64,000 bases of DNA from Hamiltosporidium tvaerminnensis FI-OER-3-3 (Eukaryota; Fungi; Microsporidia): positions 186,001 to 250,000 of the forward strand of contig CM061252.1 in the NCBI GenBank assembly GCA_022605425.2, given 5' to 3'. Positions 51,471-64,000 of this stretch are shown piece by piece. How positions within the stretch are numbered: position 1 is the first letter of the stretch; each line of letters opens with the position of its first letter. A program made the position numbers and the translations under genes. The notes beneath the pieces were generated by a model that saw only the letters and a program-made list of their open reading frames with translations, was not told where the DNA came from and searched no databases.

Positions 51471-54274
51471 TAACAATAAGACCCCTTAAACATATCATAG
51501 TACTCCGTACCCTTTAACATCTCACAACACTTTTCATATTTCCCATTCCCATAAAAACACAAGAAAGCCAAATTAAAAATTCCTTCTTTTTCTGCTTCAA
51601 CCCCAATTTCTTCTTTAAAACTTTTCTCACAAAAAACATCGCATAAATACGCATTACTCCACTCTTTACCCAACATAAAATATTTTCTAGCTTTTTCATA
51701 CTTCTTCACCCGCATAAACTCCATTCCCAACCTACAATACCCAAGAAAATTGCTACACAACTCTTCTGCCTCACTCAACCGACCCAACAAAACCAATAAT
51801 TCAAATTTCTTATCTTTATCACTTACTAATCTCAATGCTTCTTCATAACACCCTACACTCTCTAAAAACACTATCACTTCGTTTTCCCTTCCATTTTTTA
51901 CCACCCCAAACTCACCTCTCAATACTCCCCTCTTGTACTCTACAAACCACCAATCCACCACACATACCTTAACACCTCCATCATAAGACACTATCACCTC
52001 TCGATCCACCCCCACAAATTTTCCATTAAAATTTCCCACCCAAATAAAATTTACCTTCCCTCCCCACACATCCACCAAATACACACCACACCCACTCACT
52101 ATAAATATGTCATCACCTTCTCCATAAAAATCACTCACCACCCCCATCAACCCAATTCCTAATTCTACCATTATATCTTCATAATTCACACCCACCACAC
52201 CCTGTTCAACCAAATCACCTACATTAGAACACTCATACACTCTAACCACCCCACCCTCATACATATACACCCTTCCCCCACTCACCACACACTTCTCCAC
52301 CACCCAAGGAAACCTACACACCTCCACCCCATCCCTACACGAGACCCAAGCAGTAGTAGTAGTATTAGTAGTAGTAGTTGTAGTATTAGTGGTAGTAGTT
52401 GTATTAGTATTACTATTAGTAGTACTATTACTCTTATTACTATTACTCTTATTACTCTTATTAATCTTATTACTACTAATACTACTATTACTAACACTAT
52501 TATTACCAATACTACTACCAATACTCTCATTACTCTTATTACTCTTATTACTCTTATTACTATTACCCTCCATACTACCCTCCCCTACACATATACATAC
52601 ATCCCTGTCTACATACACTACACTATCATACCTCTTAACATCTAACACACATACCTTTTCTTTATTCTCATAAAAACATATAAAATCTCCTTCTCTTACC
52701 AAATAACAAGAATCACTTAAAAACTTAAAATTATTTCCTTTTCCACTTCCTCTACTTCTAAACCCCATACAACTATAAATATGATATTCATCTACATTTA
52801 CGATACACATTAATTTACCAGAAATAGAAATTATAAATTCTGTTGGTAAAAAATCCAAAGTAGAAATTTCCTTAGCAATATTAGGTGTATTAGTGGTATT
52901 AGTGGTATTAGTGGTATTAGTGGTGATTGTATTATCTCTTATGTTATTGGTATTATTAGTGGTATTATCTCTTATTTTATCTCTTATGTTATTATCTCTT
53001 ATGTTACTATCCCTCTCCCTTTCCCTATTACTATCCCTATCCCTTTCCCCATCCCTTAAATCCCCTAAATCCCTTTCCCTTAAATCACACCCTATGTTTA
53101 TCTTCATTATGCTTACTACTTGGTTAACTATACTGTACACCCTTCTATTACACTTCCTTACATATACACATTCATCACCTGTTCTTACAAATATAATACC
53201 TTGATCACTTCCAATAATAATTTTATCATCTTTAAATCCTACATCCCATAACCTACCCATTAATAGATTAACACTTTGTTCAAGTTTAAATGTTTTATTA
53301 TTATAAAATGAATATTCTCCATTTTCATTTAAAGTTATAAATAAAGGTCTATTTGTATATTCTCTTATAAGAGTTAAAGGTGAAGAAGTATTAAAAGAAT
53401 ATATAGGTGTTAGTGTAGTAAAGTCAGTTATTTGTGTTTTTAAATCATCAGAAGAAGAAATTAGGTAATTACCAGAATTTATAAATGTAAGTGTATTAAC
53501 ACCATTAGTATGATAAGTAAGGGTATTAGTAGTATTGTTTGTGATATTGTTGGTGATATTGTTGGTGTATTTATTAGTATTACTACTTGTATTATTACTT
53601 GGATTGATACTTGTAGTGTTATTATAAGTATTACTACTATAAGTATTACTAGTATAGGTATTACTACTATAAGTATTACTAGTATAGGTATTACTACTTG
53701 TATTACTACTATAAGTATTACTACCATCCCTACCACTACCACCACTACTATTACTATTACTACCAATCACACTCCCTATTGTCCATACTTTGATGGTGTT
53801 GTCTAGTGATGAGGATAGAAATTTGTTGGTATTTTTAGGATAAATACAAATATCCATGACAAAATGTTTATGTCCAGAGAAAGTAGAGAGTAAAAAAAGT
53901 TGTGGAGAGAACATTTTGATGAGTGTGTCATCAGAACAAGAGAGTATGAATTGAGATGTAGGAGAAAGTACTTTTCTAATGAAATCATCGTGTGCTTTTA
54001 CTTCTTTTTCTTTTTTAAGATTTAAATTATACAAAATGAGTTTTCCTTCATCTGTACCGAGAAGGAATTGATCAGTTGTTTCTAGAAATAATGATGTACG
54101 TATTGGACAATCACATACGTGTATAGTGTGTAGGATTGATAAAGTGGTGGTTGATATTATGTGTACTGTGCCTGTGTATAGAGTAGCAAGTGCTATTTGT
54201 TTTTGGGGATGTGTTGATATTGACTTTATACGTGGTGTTTCTATCTTTTTAATAATTTGTTTTTTTAAAGACAT
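51470..54274 (-). CDS. SEC27: Coatomer subunit beta' (COPI) with Asn/Thr/Ser low-complexity insertions
   Basis: RIKSISTHP, CDCPIRT, AHDDFIR, ILSCSDD, GHKHFVM...PK...FLSSSLDNTIKVW (WD40), MGRLW, and C-terminal FLE...EEAL...KFEL and NLAF solenoid motifs. Confidence 0.92.
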   Translation of the reverse strand: MSLKKQIIKKIETPRIKSISTHPQKQIALATLYTGTVHIISTTTLSILHTIHVCDCPIRTSLFLETTDQFLLGTDEGKLILYNLNLKKEKEVKAHDDFIRKVLSPTSQFILSCSDDTLIKMFSPQLFLLSTFSGHKHFVMDICIYPKNTNKFLSSSLDNTIKVWTIGSVIGSNSNSSGGSGRDGSNTYSSNTSSNTYTSNTYSSNTYTSNTYSSNTYNNTTSINPSNNTSSNTNKYTNNITNNITNNTTNTLTYHTNGVNTLTFINSGNYLISSSDDLKTQITDFTTLTPIYSFNTSSPLTLIREYTNRPLFITLNENGEYSFYNNKTFKLEQSVNLLMGRLWDVGFKDDKIIIGSDQGIIFVRTGDECVYVRKCNRRVYSIVNQVVSIMKINIGCDLRERDLGDLRDGERDRDSNRERERDSNIRDNNIRDKIRDNTTNNTNNIRDNTITTNTTNTTNTTNTPNIAKEISTLDFLPTEFIISISGKLMCIVNVDEYHIYSCMGFRSRGSGKGNNFKFLSDSCYLVREGDFICFYENKEKVCVLDVKRYDSVVYVDRDVCICVGEGSMEGNSNKSNKSNKSNESIGSSIGNNSVSNSSISSNKINKSNKSNSNKSNSTTNSNTNTTTTTNTTTTTTNTTTTAWVSCRDGVEVCRFPWVVEKCVVSGGRVYMYEGGVVRVYECSNVGDLVEQGVVGVNYEDIMVELGIGLMGVVSDFYGEGDDIFIVSGCGVYLVDVWGGKVNFIWVGNFNGKFVGVDREVIVSYDGGVKVCVVDWWFVEYKRGVLRGEFGVVKNGRENEVIVFLESVGCYEEALRLVSDKDKKFELLVLLGRLSEAEELCSNFLGYCRLGMEFMRVKKYEKARKYFMLGKEWSNAYLCDVFCEKSFKEEIGVEAEKEGIFNLAFLCFYGNGKYEKCCEMLKGTEYYDMFKGSYC

Positions 54275-54292
54275 TTTTTTTTTGGGGGGGTT
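54275..54292 (-). promoter_or_regulatory. Microsporidian CCC-like transcription signal
   Basis: Minus strand reads CCCCCCC then an A-run then ATG, directly before Sec27. Confidence 0.6.
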
Positions 54293-54349
54293 GGAAAAAA
54301 TGTGGTAAAAATTTAAAAAGAAAAAGTAATATGAAGATTTAGGATTTGG

Positions 54350-55140
54350 ATATTAGTATATTAGATATTAGATATTAGGTAGTATATTAGGTAGTGTATT
54401 AGTATATTAGGTAGTATATTAGTATATTAGGTAGTATATTAGTATATTAGGTAGTATATTAGTTAGTATATTAGTATATTAGTATATTAGGTAGTATATT
54501 AGTATATTAGTATATTAGGTAGTATATTATTTAGTATATTAGATATAAGGATGTGTACTAATACTATAATACTATAATACTATAATACTATAATACTATA
54601 ATACTATAATACTATAATACTATAATACTATATTACTAATACTAATACTAATACTAATACTATAATACTAATACTATAATACTAATGCTAATACTAATAC
54701 TAATGCTAATACTATAAGAATAGTACTAGATTGGGTTATAAGAGATGTATGTGGTTGTAAAGGGTTGTGTAATAATTAACCTTTTATTTCTATTGAAGAA
54801 GTGTTTTATTACCATAAAAAATATTTCAGGTAAACTGAAAATATTAGTTTATTAGAATATTTGGTAGTTCCTATGTATCAGAGTATTAGAGTATTAGAGT
54901 ATTAGAATATTAGAGTATTAGAGTATTAGAGTATTAGAATAGTAGAATAGTAGAATACTAGAGTATTAGAGTATCTGAGTATTAGAATATCAGAGTATCA
55001 GAGTATTAGAATAGTAGAGTATTAGAATATCAGAGTATCAGAATATTAGAATAGTAGAATAGTAGAATACTAGAGTATTAGAGTATCTGAGTATTAGAAT
55101 ATCAGAGTATCAGAGTATTAGAGTATTAGAGTATTAGAGT
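54350..55140. repeat. Microsatellite cluster: (agtatatt)n, (atactata)n/(tactaa)n, (gagtatta)n
   Basis: Directly visible 6-12-bp tandem units. Confidence 0.95.
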
Positions 55141-55349
55141 ATAAAGATTTAGAAAAATAGATGGAAAATAAAAAAAAAATGAATTTTTGAAAGTTTAAAA
55201 GGTAAAAGAAACAGAAATCAATTTAAAAGAAAAAATTGGTTTTGAAATACTAAATTATATTGTTTTGGGTTTACTGTATGAATATAAGTATAAATATAAA
55301 TATAAATATAAATATAAGTATAAATATAAATATAAATATATTATACAAA

Positions 55350-56960
55350 TTACTTTTATAAGTTTTTGTCTTTGATTTTTACTTTTTTTTAAATCATAGT
55401 TTATTTAAAGCTTTATTTACATATGAGAAGTTACTTATTTGAGTTTTTGTCTTTGATTTTAACTTTTTTTAAATCATAGTTTATTTAAAGCTTTATTTAC
55501 TTATGAGAAATTACTTATTTGAGTTTTTGTCTTTGATTTTTACTTTTTTTAAATCATAGTTTATTTAAAGCTTTATTTACATATGAGAAGTTACTTATTT
55601 GAGTTTTTGTCTTTGATTTTAACTTTTTTTAAATCATAGTTTATTTAAAGCTTTATTTACATATGAGAAGTTACTTATTTGAGTTTTTGTCTTTGATTTT
55701 AACTTTTTTTAAATCATAGTTTATTTAAAGCTTTATTTACATATGAGAAGTTACTTATTTGAGTTTTTGTCTTTGATTTTAACTTTTTTTAAATCATAGT
55801 TTATTTAAAGCTTTATTTACATATGAGAAGTTACTTATTTGAGTTTTTGTCTTTGATTTTAACTTTTTTTAAATCATAGTTTATTTAAAGCTTTATTTAC
55901 TTATGAGAAATTACTTATTTGAGTTTTTGTCTTTGATTTTTACTTTTTTTAAATCATAGTTTATTTAAAGCTTTATTTACTTATGAGAAATTACTTATTT
56001 GAGTTTTTGTCTTTGATTTTTACTTTTTTTAAATCATAGTTTATTTAAAGCTTTATTTACATATGAGAAGTTACTTATTTGAGTTTTTGTCTTTGATTTT
56101 TACTTTTTTTAAATCATAGTTTATTTAAAGCTTTATTTACATATGAGAAGTTACTTTTATAAGTTTTTGTCTTTGATTTTTACTTTTTTTAAATCATAGT
56201 TTATTTAAAGCTTTATTTACATATGAGAAGTTACTTTTATAAGTTTTTGTCTTTGATTTTTACTTTTTTTAAATCATAGTTTATTTAAAGCTTTATTTAC
56301 ATATGAGAAGTTACTTATTTGAGTTTTTGTCTTTGATTTTTACTTTTTTTAAATCATAGTTTATTTAAAGCTTTATTTACTTATGAGAAGTTACTTATTT
56401 GAGTTTTTGTCTTTGATTTTTACTTTTTTTAAATCATAGTTTATTTAAAGCTTTATTTACATATGAGAAGTTACTTATTTGAGTTTTTGTCTTTGATTTT
56501 TACTTTTTTTAAATCATAGTTTATTTAAAGCTTTATTTACATATGAGAAGTTACTTATTTGAGTTTTTGTCTTTGATTTTTACTTTTTTTAAATCATAGT
56601 TTATTTAAAGCTTTATTTACATATGAGAAGTTACTTTTATAAGTTTTTGTCTTTGATTTTTACTTTTTTTAAATCATAGTTTATTTAAAGCTTTATTTAC
56701 ATATGAGAAGTTACTTATTTGAGTTTTTGTCTTTGATTTTTACTTTTTTTAAATCATAGTTTATTTAAAGCTTTATTTACTTATGAGAAGTTACTTATTT
56801 GAGTTTTTGTCTTTGATTTTTACTTTTTTTAAATCATAGTTTATTTAAAGCTTTATTTACTTATGAGAAGTTACTTATTTGAGTTTTTGTCTTTGATTTT
56901 TACTTTTTTTAAATCATAGTTTATTTAAAGCTTTATTTACTTATGAGAAGTTACTTTTAT
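55350..56960. repeat. Satellite array, 20 x 80-bp units
   Basis: (g/a)agtttttgtctttgatttt recurs every 80 bp (55441, 55521 ... 56881). No unique spacers. Confidence 0.97.
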
Positions 56961-57167
56961 ATTCTTCTTCGTAAAATGAAATAATATTTTGTTTTTTGGT
57001 TGTTTGATTCTGAAATTAATATTAAATTGGTTTCTTTATTTTTACTTTTGGGAAAAGTTTTATAAGGAAAGATGTGTAAAAGTATGTATTTTTTTTTATA
57101 GGAGATATAAACTTTTCTAAATATTAAATTGAGATAACCAAATGGATATTTGTTTTTCTAAAGACCA

Positions 57168-57260
57168 CTTGGTAATAATTCTGTGTTTTTTTAGTAACAA
57201 TTTGGTAACAATTCTGTGTTTTTTTAGTAACAATTTGGTAACAATTCTGTGTTTTTTTAG
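57168..57260. repeat. About 33-bp tandem repeat x3
   Basis: ttggtaa(c/t)aattctgtgtttttt occurs three times. Confidence 0.85.
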
Positions 57261-57849
57261 ATATTTTTTTTATTTACGTCTTTAATAATTTGGGAGGAAA
57301 TTTGATATTAAGCTTTTCTATAAGTTTACTGGTTTAATTCATTTTTACTTTTCTTAATTCTTGATTTGGTTTTTTTTTGTTTGGTATTCTATGTGTATAT
57401 AAATTCTATTGAAATATTATTTATATTTCTTACTTGGACTCTATGATTTATCTAAAAGATTGTAGCAATATTGTAAATAATTTTCTTATTGAACCTTAGA
57501 ATCTCTATATCTTACGTTTTAAAGTTTTTTTTTCTTTGCTAAAGGTTAAATAGTGATTTTCATACATTTTTCTTTGGTGGATCTTTATAAATGCTTGGTT
57601 TTGTTTCATATGCAAACTAAGAAGATTGCATTAGAAGTCTAGAGTTTATTTGAGGTGTTAGGAATATTTTTTGTTATTTTATCTCTAAAATACAAAAATT
57701 CTGAATTTTTACATCAAAAAAGCCATAAATTTTTAGTTTCTTTCTATATGTCGAATATTTCTAGTGAATTCTCGTTGGTTATCGAATACATAACCTTGTT
57801 TCAAAGTAATTTACATAGTGATATTTCCGTCTGAATCGTTTTAAAGAAT

Positions 57850-58700
57850 GATATGTTTTCTTTTGCCCGAGTTTTGAGAAATTTCTGATAATTTTCAGGT
57901 AGATCATAATGACTATCCTATAAAAGAAGATTAAAAGACTAAGAACTGTACATCGGTAATTTTTCCTAACTGATATTGCTTTGTGCTTATTTTATATAAT
58001 TCATTTGTGTATTTTGAACTATTTATGGTATTTTATAGGTTATTAATTTAATAGATTCATATTTTACGATTTCGAATAATCTTATACCACAATTATCATA
58101 AGATTTTCACTATCCGAATCTTTTTATTTGAGTTTTTATGATAAAATTTCATTTCTATAAAAGTTTGAGGCGCGAATTAATATGTATTTCTCTGTAAAAT
58201 AGGAATAAAATCAAAAAATTGAAACATAAGTGGTAATAAAGTCAAATTAAAGAATATTATTAGTTTCTAACGGATTTTACTTTATATTTGACTCAGTTAT
58301 GTAATTTTTTGTAAAATAAATAACAATATCGTTTCTAGGTCACCAATATCGGAGTGGAACAAATACAGGTAAAATGATAAATAAATAGGGAGCGAATTAA
58401 AAATCGAAACAGATTTTGCTTGATTTAACCGATTTATTTGTGTCTTTATGAGATCTATACATTGATAATATTTTAGTATGTATCACATAATTTTTAGAAC
58501 TGTGGCATTTGTTATAATTTTATAAGAACATTAGAACAGCTCTGATTTTATACAGATAACTTCTCCTTCAATACTCTATAGGGTTTTCTTATATGCCTAT
58601 AATGTAACGACTCTTTATCTAAAATGTGTATGAAATACACGAAATGAGCGAAGAAGTTGTCCATGAAATTTTTAAAGTCGGTTCTCTTATTGTATAATAG
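57850..58700. mobile_element. Possible piggyBac transposase relics
   Basis: Plus-strand NNIVS...GVEQ and SMYHIIFR fragments and a minus-strand MDNFF loosely recall piggyBac motifs. The orientations conflict. Confidence 0.25.
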
Positions 58701-59185
58701 CATTTTGAAATCTTTCTTGGCTGATTAAATCCACCAGCGTTCCCACATGTTACAAACTTTTCGAACTTTATGAACTTGTAACCAATTATATCACCAGATT
58801 TTCGTGGGATTCTACAAAAACTCGTATTTCCCAGCGAGCATAATTTTCCTGGTTTTTTTGGCGCCTTTAAGCTTTTTTTCTAGGTGTAAAGTCCCTAACC
58901 TTTAACCAAAGACAAATTTTTCATGAGTTTTTATGAATTTATCTTAGGTATTAATCGTGATATACAATTTGATTATTAAAAAACCACAAATAAACTTTTT
59001 TGTTGAATTTATTGTTTTAAATACTTTGGCTTATTTTAGAATTCCCATGGAACTGCCGAAAAAGAATTATGGTTTCTATACCTCCAAAAGTTTGCAAAAA
59101 ATTTTAAACCAATCAAACATAATTATGGCCCAATAGATTATGTTTGGAGCAATTATATTCTCTAAAAATTTATAAATAAATTATT

Positions 59186-61532
59186 TTAATTATTTAAATC
59201 TGTACTTGAATCAATTATAAGATGTTTTTCGAATTCCTTCTGTAAATGAAGAATGCAAGTGAAATTAATCTGCCCTTTATAGTATTTTAATTCAAATAAA
59301 ATTAAATTGGCATATTTTTCTTTTTTAATACCGAGTATAGCATTATCTATGAAATCGCAATGAGAAATAAACAGATATCGCAGATTTACAAACAAAGCAA
59401 AGGTACTCACATCCTTTTCAGTTATTTGTATTTTTGTAAGTTCAAAAGATTCAATAGCGTAAAAATTGTTTTGAACAAATATTTCATAAAGGGAAATATT
59501 CACAAAACAACATGCATTTATCTTCAATTTTTGTATTATAGATAAATCAAAAAAATGTTTTTCTGAAGAATTTATTTGGCAGGATTTTAAAGTAACACTT
59601 TTAGTGCTTTCGATATTTAATATTCCATAATTATTTGGCCCAAAAGAATTCAAACTTATGTTTTTGAGCGTAATCTTCTTTATAATTTCTAAATTTGGTA
59701 ATAAAAATTTATCCAATTTGAGAAGTTCGTAAGATGAAAGATACAATGATCTTAACTTTGTGAGTTTTCCTGGTAAAATTACTTCTTTTGATATATTAGA
59801 GGTTATATTTAAAAGTTTTAATTGCAAATTCTTTAAAATATTAAGAGAATTAACGATATTATAAAAGAATATAGAAGAATTAACTTTCACTTTTATAAAA
59901 TTTAATGAAATTAAACTCTTTTTTGTTTTATAATATTGGAATTTGAAATTAGGAATAATGATTTCACTCTTTTTTATCTCTAAATTTTTAATATTTGGTA
60001 AATTAATAATACTAACCAATGCTTTTAAAGATAAATTACATTGGCTAAGTTGCATCGAAGTTAAGTTTTCAAGACTAAAAATTTTAAATTTCTCAATGTT
60101 TAATATAAATATATTGGAAAATATAATTTTTATATTTTTTAAAGAATTATCATCGGATAAAAGACCGGAGATTTCACATGATGGAAACGTATAATTAAAA
60201 AAAGTATAAAGTTCGAATTTTTGTTTCACTGATTCAGGTTTGTAAATTTCTTTGAACCCATTATAATTTGCAAGATTATATTTTGGGCTTTGTAATCTGT
60301 TTTCTAAATCAGAAGATTCAAGTTTTACAAAATCAAGGTCAAATTTTTCCATCATATACCTTTGTATGTTATCTAAAGAAGGTGATGGGGTATTAATAAA
60401 ACTTTCACAGCTTTCCCGATTAACAAAATTTAAAAATATGATTTTTTCAGGATTTATAGCATACATTTGTGTATTTAAAATACTTTTTTCAAACAATGGA
60501 TCGATGAAATATATTTGTTTTACATTTATTCTTTTCAAAAAATCACCAATAAATATTTCAATGTTTATACTATATTCTATATTTTTGAAAATAATGATTT
60601 CGATTTCATTTAAAATAAGCTCGAAAAATATTTTAAAACGGCTTAAATTATCTTCATTCAAGTATAAAATGTGTATGCATTGTATTTTAAAAAGTAAAAG
60701 TATGGTATTGAAGAGCTGTAATCTATTTATAGATGAATATATATCTTCCTTAAAATATATGAGAAAACGATGGTCTAATGATAAGATTCTTTTCTCAGTT
60801 CCATCACATATACTTTCATGCTCTGTTGGAGATATATCACTAAGCATTTTAAATGAAAATGTATTAGACATTTGAGCATCCGATATATATAAATGAAAGA
60901 ATTGATTAAAGAATATTCGAACCATATCAAAGGAAATATCTTTCGTTGAAATAACACATAACTCCTTGGTAAGAAAATGATCGTTTTCTTTTTGATTCAT
61001 ATTTAGAATCGAAATTTAGAAGCAGAATATTAATTATTTGATAAAATATCGGACATCTCACTGGTTTTAGATTATTAAGAATATAAAAAATATTAAGTAA
61101 AGTTCTCGAAGAAATTTTCTCAGTATAGCCAATATAAGAACGCATAAGTCCATCAAATACACGAAATTCAGAAGATTGCACATGATCGAGAACTATGAGA
61201 ATATGAAGGTTTGGATGGTTTTCTAATAAAAGAAATGATTCGAATTTGATAGGATAGATTCCAATGTCATTAATAACTATACTGTTGCAAATATTAGTAT
61301 TTATGTTATTCTTACTTTGTGTATCCATATCTGTTTTTCCACCATGTGGAAGGAGAATATTGTTTTCTGCATCATTAGTAGCATCGCTGTTTCTTCTGTC
61401 TCCACTCACGCATTTTGCTTCACAAATATCGTCTGGAAATCTAAAAGTTATTTCCAGTCCAGAAGATAAATCAAAATAGCCAATCAATAAAAAAGCAATA
61501 AAATAAATTCCGCCGATTATATTCCTTTTCAT
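59186..61532 (-). CDS. Secreted LRR-like lineage-expanded family protein (about 780 aa), one frameshift near 61002
   Basis: Signal peptide MKRNIIGGIYFIAFLLIGYFDLSSG. ORFs 60927-61532 and 59186-61000 join if one base is removed. LxxLxL repeats (LPNIKNLEI, LTKLRSLYL, FVNLRYLFI). Confidence 0.75.
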
Positions 61533-62099
61533 TTTTTTGGGCTTTTGTCAATTTAAAATATATACAATTGTATTTCTTTTTTTGGCATCTATCGAATTTA
61601 TATAAATTGTTTTCAAAAAAAGCAACTAAATCTATCGAATATTTAATAATATATAAAAAACAGCAATATATCATCAATACAATTTATTTTGTAAAAATTA
61701 TCATTTTTTAGTCGGAGAATATCACTTTTAAAAAACAAAAATTAAATTTAATATTTTGGAATTTTAATTTGTCCAAATAAAATGTGTTTTTTTTTTCTAT
61801 TTAAAATCAAAAAAAATTACTCGATCGAGTAAGAATCATTCAATTTTTTAAATATTTTGAGATTTTGATATTTTTTTCGCTTCAAAGATTAAAGAGCTTA
61901 GTTGATATCATATTTATTAGCTTTTCGAATTTATTTCGATTATAATTATTATTTAAAAAAAACGATAACGGTATAATTAAATATAAAATAAATCTATAAA
62001 AATTCAGATTATTCGAATATTCTATCGATAAAAGTGATCGTTTTAAGAAAAAAATATTGAAAATTTATTTACGATGATGGCAATTTTATATTTTTAATT

Positions 62100-64000
62100 T
62101 CTATAATCAAATAAAAAAACCATGAGAATTTCTAACTATTAAATGAACATTCCATTAATTTTTTTATTGGAATTTTGTAAATTACACAAAATTCTTATTA
62201 TTAAACACATTGATGGTTTTTTATTTGATATATTACATGTTAAAAAGGAGTATTACTAAATAAAAGTGAAGAAGTAACGATTAAAACAAAATTCTGAACA
62301 ACTTGCTTTAAATTTCATGTTTTTATATATGAAATTTCAATTAAATGACAAAATATTTGTTCATGATAGAAATTAGTAGTAGTTCTGCGCAACAAATCAA
62401 ACTAAAAAAATATTCTCTATCAAAATATTAATATTTTTTAGAAATTCCAATCAACTTTGAATGAAAATGTAGAAGTAAAGCAAACCATTCTTGTACTTCA
62501 AATTTTCTTGCATTTATATAGCTTTAAACATCTTTTTATTCTTATAAATCTGGATTTACGTCTTAAAACCATCTACAATTCTATATACATACAGAATTGA
62601 TATATTATTTGTCTTTTATATAATATAGTTTAAAACCAATTTTGTCAAAGGAACACTTCAAATATAACAAAAAGATTATAAGATTATAGGTTGAAAAAAG
62701 TACAGAGCTGCTGTTGTAGAAATACCAAGGTTTAGATTAAACTCTATTGTAGAATTAGATAAAACACTACTATTCTTTCTATTTAAGATACATTAAAATA
62801 GTATTTGCAATTGTCTAAACATATTATTAAATATATTATAAAAAAAAATTATGTCTAGTTTAACAATCTATTAACTTCACACAAAATTATCTCGAAATTA
62901 TTAAAGTAAACATATGATATCACAGTAGTGATAAATATAAATTATTGGTTTGTTTTTTGAAGCTAAAACTGTTTCTAAAACCTCTTATAAGTCTATTGAT
63001 GTATTATTCATAAATCAAAATTTTAATCTAAATGAAAATTTTGGTTTCTAAGATTTTTTATTCAAATATTAGATTGGGTAATATCAATTTCTAATAAATG
63101 TTTATCAGTGCATAGGCTTTTTCAATACAGTATATTATACCTTCTTCATATGAGTTTTCTTATTTCCTATGAAAACAATAACTTAAGTTTTCCTCTTTTG
63201 CGTTCGAAAACCAGGTTAGCATTGCTTGTTTGACTTTCTAAATCTGATTATTCTAGGGTTGACAATTATAAATCCCGTAAGATTAAAACAGTATAGGTTT
63301 TATTGGATAAAAATACTCTAAAGTTTTTAGTTAACGAACCATATTGACTTTAATGAAATATCTCGAGGCCAAGAACTCATGAAATTTTAGATCAATTTAC
63401 GAAAACCTAGTTCCTCAAAGGTTGTAGTTAATATTTTTGAATGAAATCTTAAAAGTCGCGTACAGATGTTTAAAAATAAAAATTTCTAGAAAATATTTTC
63501 AAGAAGAAATAGTCAAAGGTATTATTAGATTTCTAATGGTCACATTGAAACATAAAAAAAAGCACATTTTTAAATTTGATCGTGGTTTTATTTCCGCTTT
63601 AGGCATTCCTCTGTGCAAAAAAAAATGCTTTAAACTGAAATTCAAAAAAAATATTTACAGTTTTAAATTAATACCAAAGCCTCTGAAGTCATTATCGAAA
63701 ATATCCTTTGAAGATTTAACTCCGAATTTTCACAAATTATGAATTGAAAATCACAACTACACCAATCTTATTAACAATTAATTTTGCTCCACATTTTTCA
63801 TTGTTTTATTTTGTGAAGTTATTCATATTATTTTATGACTTTTTAAAAAACCGGTACGGCTCGTATATAACTACACATAAGTCATACTTGGAGACTCTAG
63901 TGTTATAGTATTATTCTTTTTAATTTTTATCAAATTCTAAACAAATATCTATTTTTCAAATTATAATTCTAAATTTGATGTCAACAGTTTGTAAGTTAAT
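62100..64000 (-). pseudogene. Probable decayed LRR-like family gene running off the window
   Basis: Composition and short minus-strand fragments resemble the adjacent family. No long ORF. Confidence 0.25.

Noticed and set aside
52282-53806. Leu/Val/Ile-rich ORFs overlapping Sec27
   Set aside because: Alternative-frame or antisense readings of microsatellite inserts.
55350-56960. CRISPR array
   Set aside because: No unique spacers, no cas genes, eukaryotic context.
1-64000. tRNA or rRNA genes
   Set aside because: No cloverleaf or rRNA signature recognised by eye. The GGTTCGA hits lie in Jac1 and a type B repeat. tRNAscan-SE or Infernal would be needed to exclude them.

Overview
Very AT-rich eukaryotic DNA, most likely from a large-genome microsporidian (Hamiltosporidium-like). 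This is inferred from the divergent core genes, a CCC motif just before an ATG, ricin-B-lectin and LRR-like secreted families, and Asn/Thr-rich insertions. Host genes: a forkhead transcription factor, a Mak21/Noc1-like protein, a ricin-B lectin-like secreted protein, Jac1/HscB, an Spc24-like protein, coatomer beta' (Sec27), and several LRR-like or secreted paralogues, many broken by 1-nt indels. Mobile DNA: a DD34E Tc1-like element with tandem-repeat TIRs, a DD39D mariner with Stowaway-type TIRs, three copies of an RT+REL (R4-like) non-LTR retrotransposon each with an 11-12-bp TSD, two RTE-derived ~230-bp non-autonomous elements, and decayed hAT, Ginger2/KRBA2-like, Mutator and piggyBac relics. 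The 43.8-57.3 kb block is rich in tandem repeats, including a 20 x 80-bp satellite, and has a GC-skew flip inside Sec27. The main candidate novelty is an unannotated dispersed family of five ~700-bp and three ~230-bp copies sharing a 5' module. It has no long ORF, but its codon-like conservation changes frame at conserved 20-25-nt GT...AG segments, suggesting a multicopy gene family with ultra-short introns. All alignments were done by eye.
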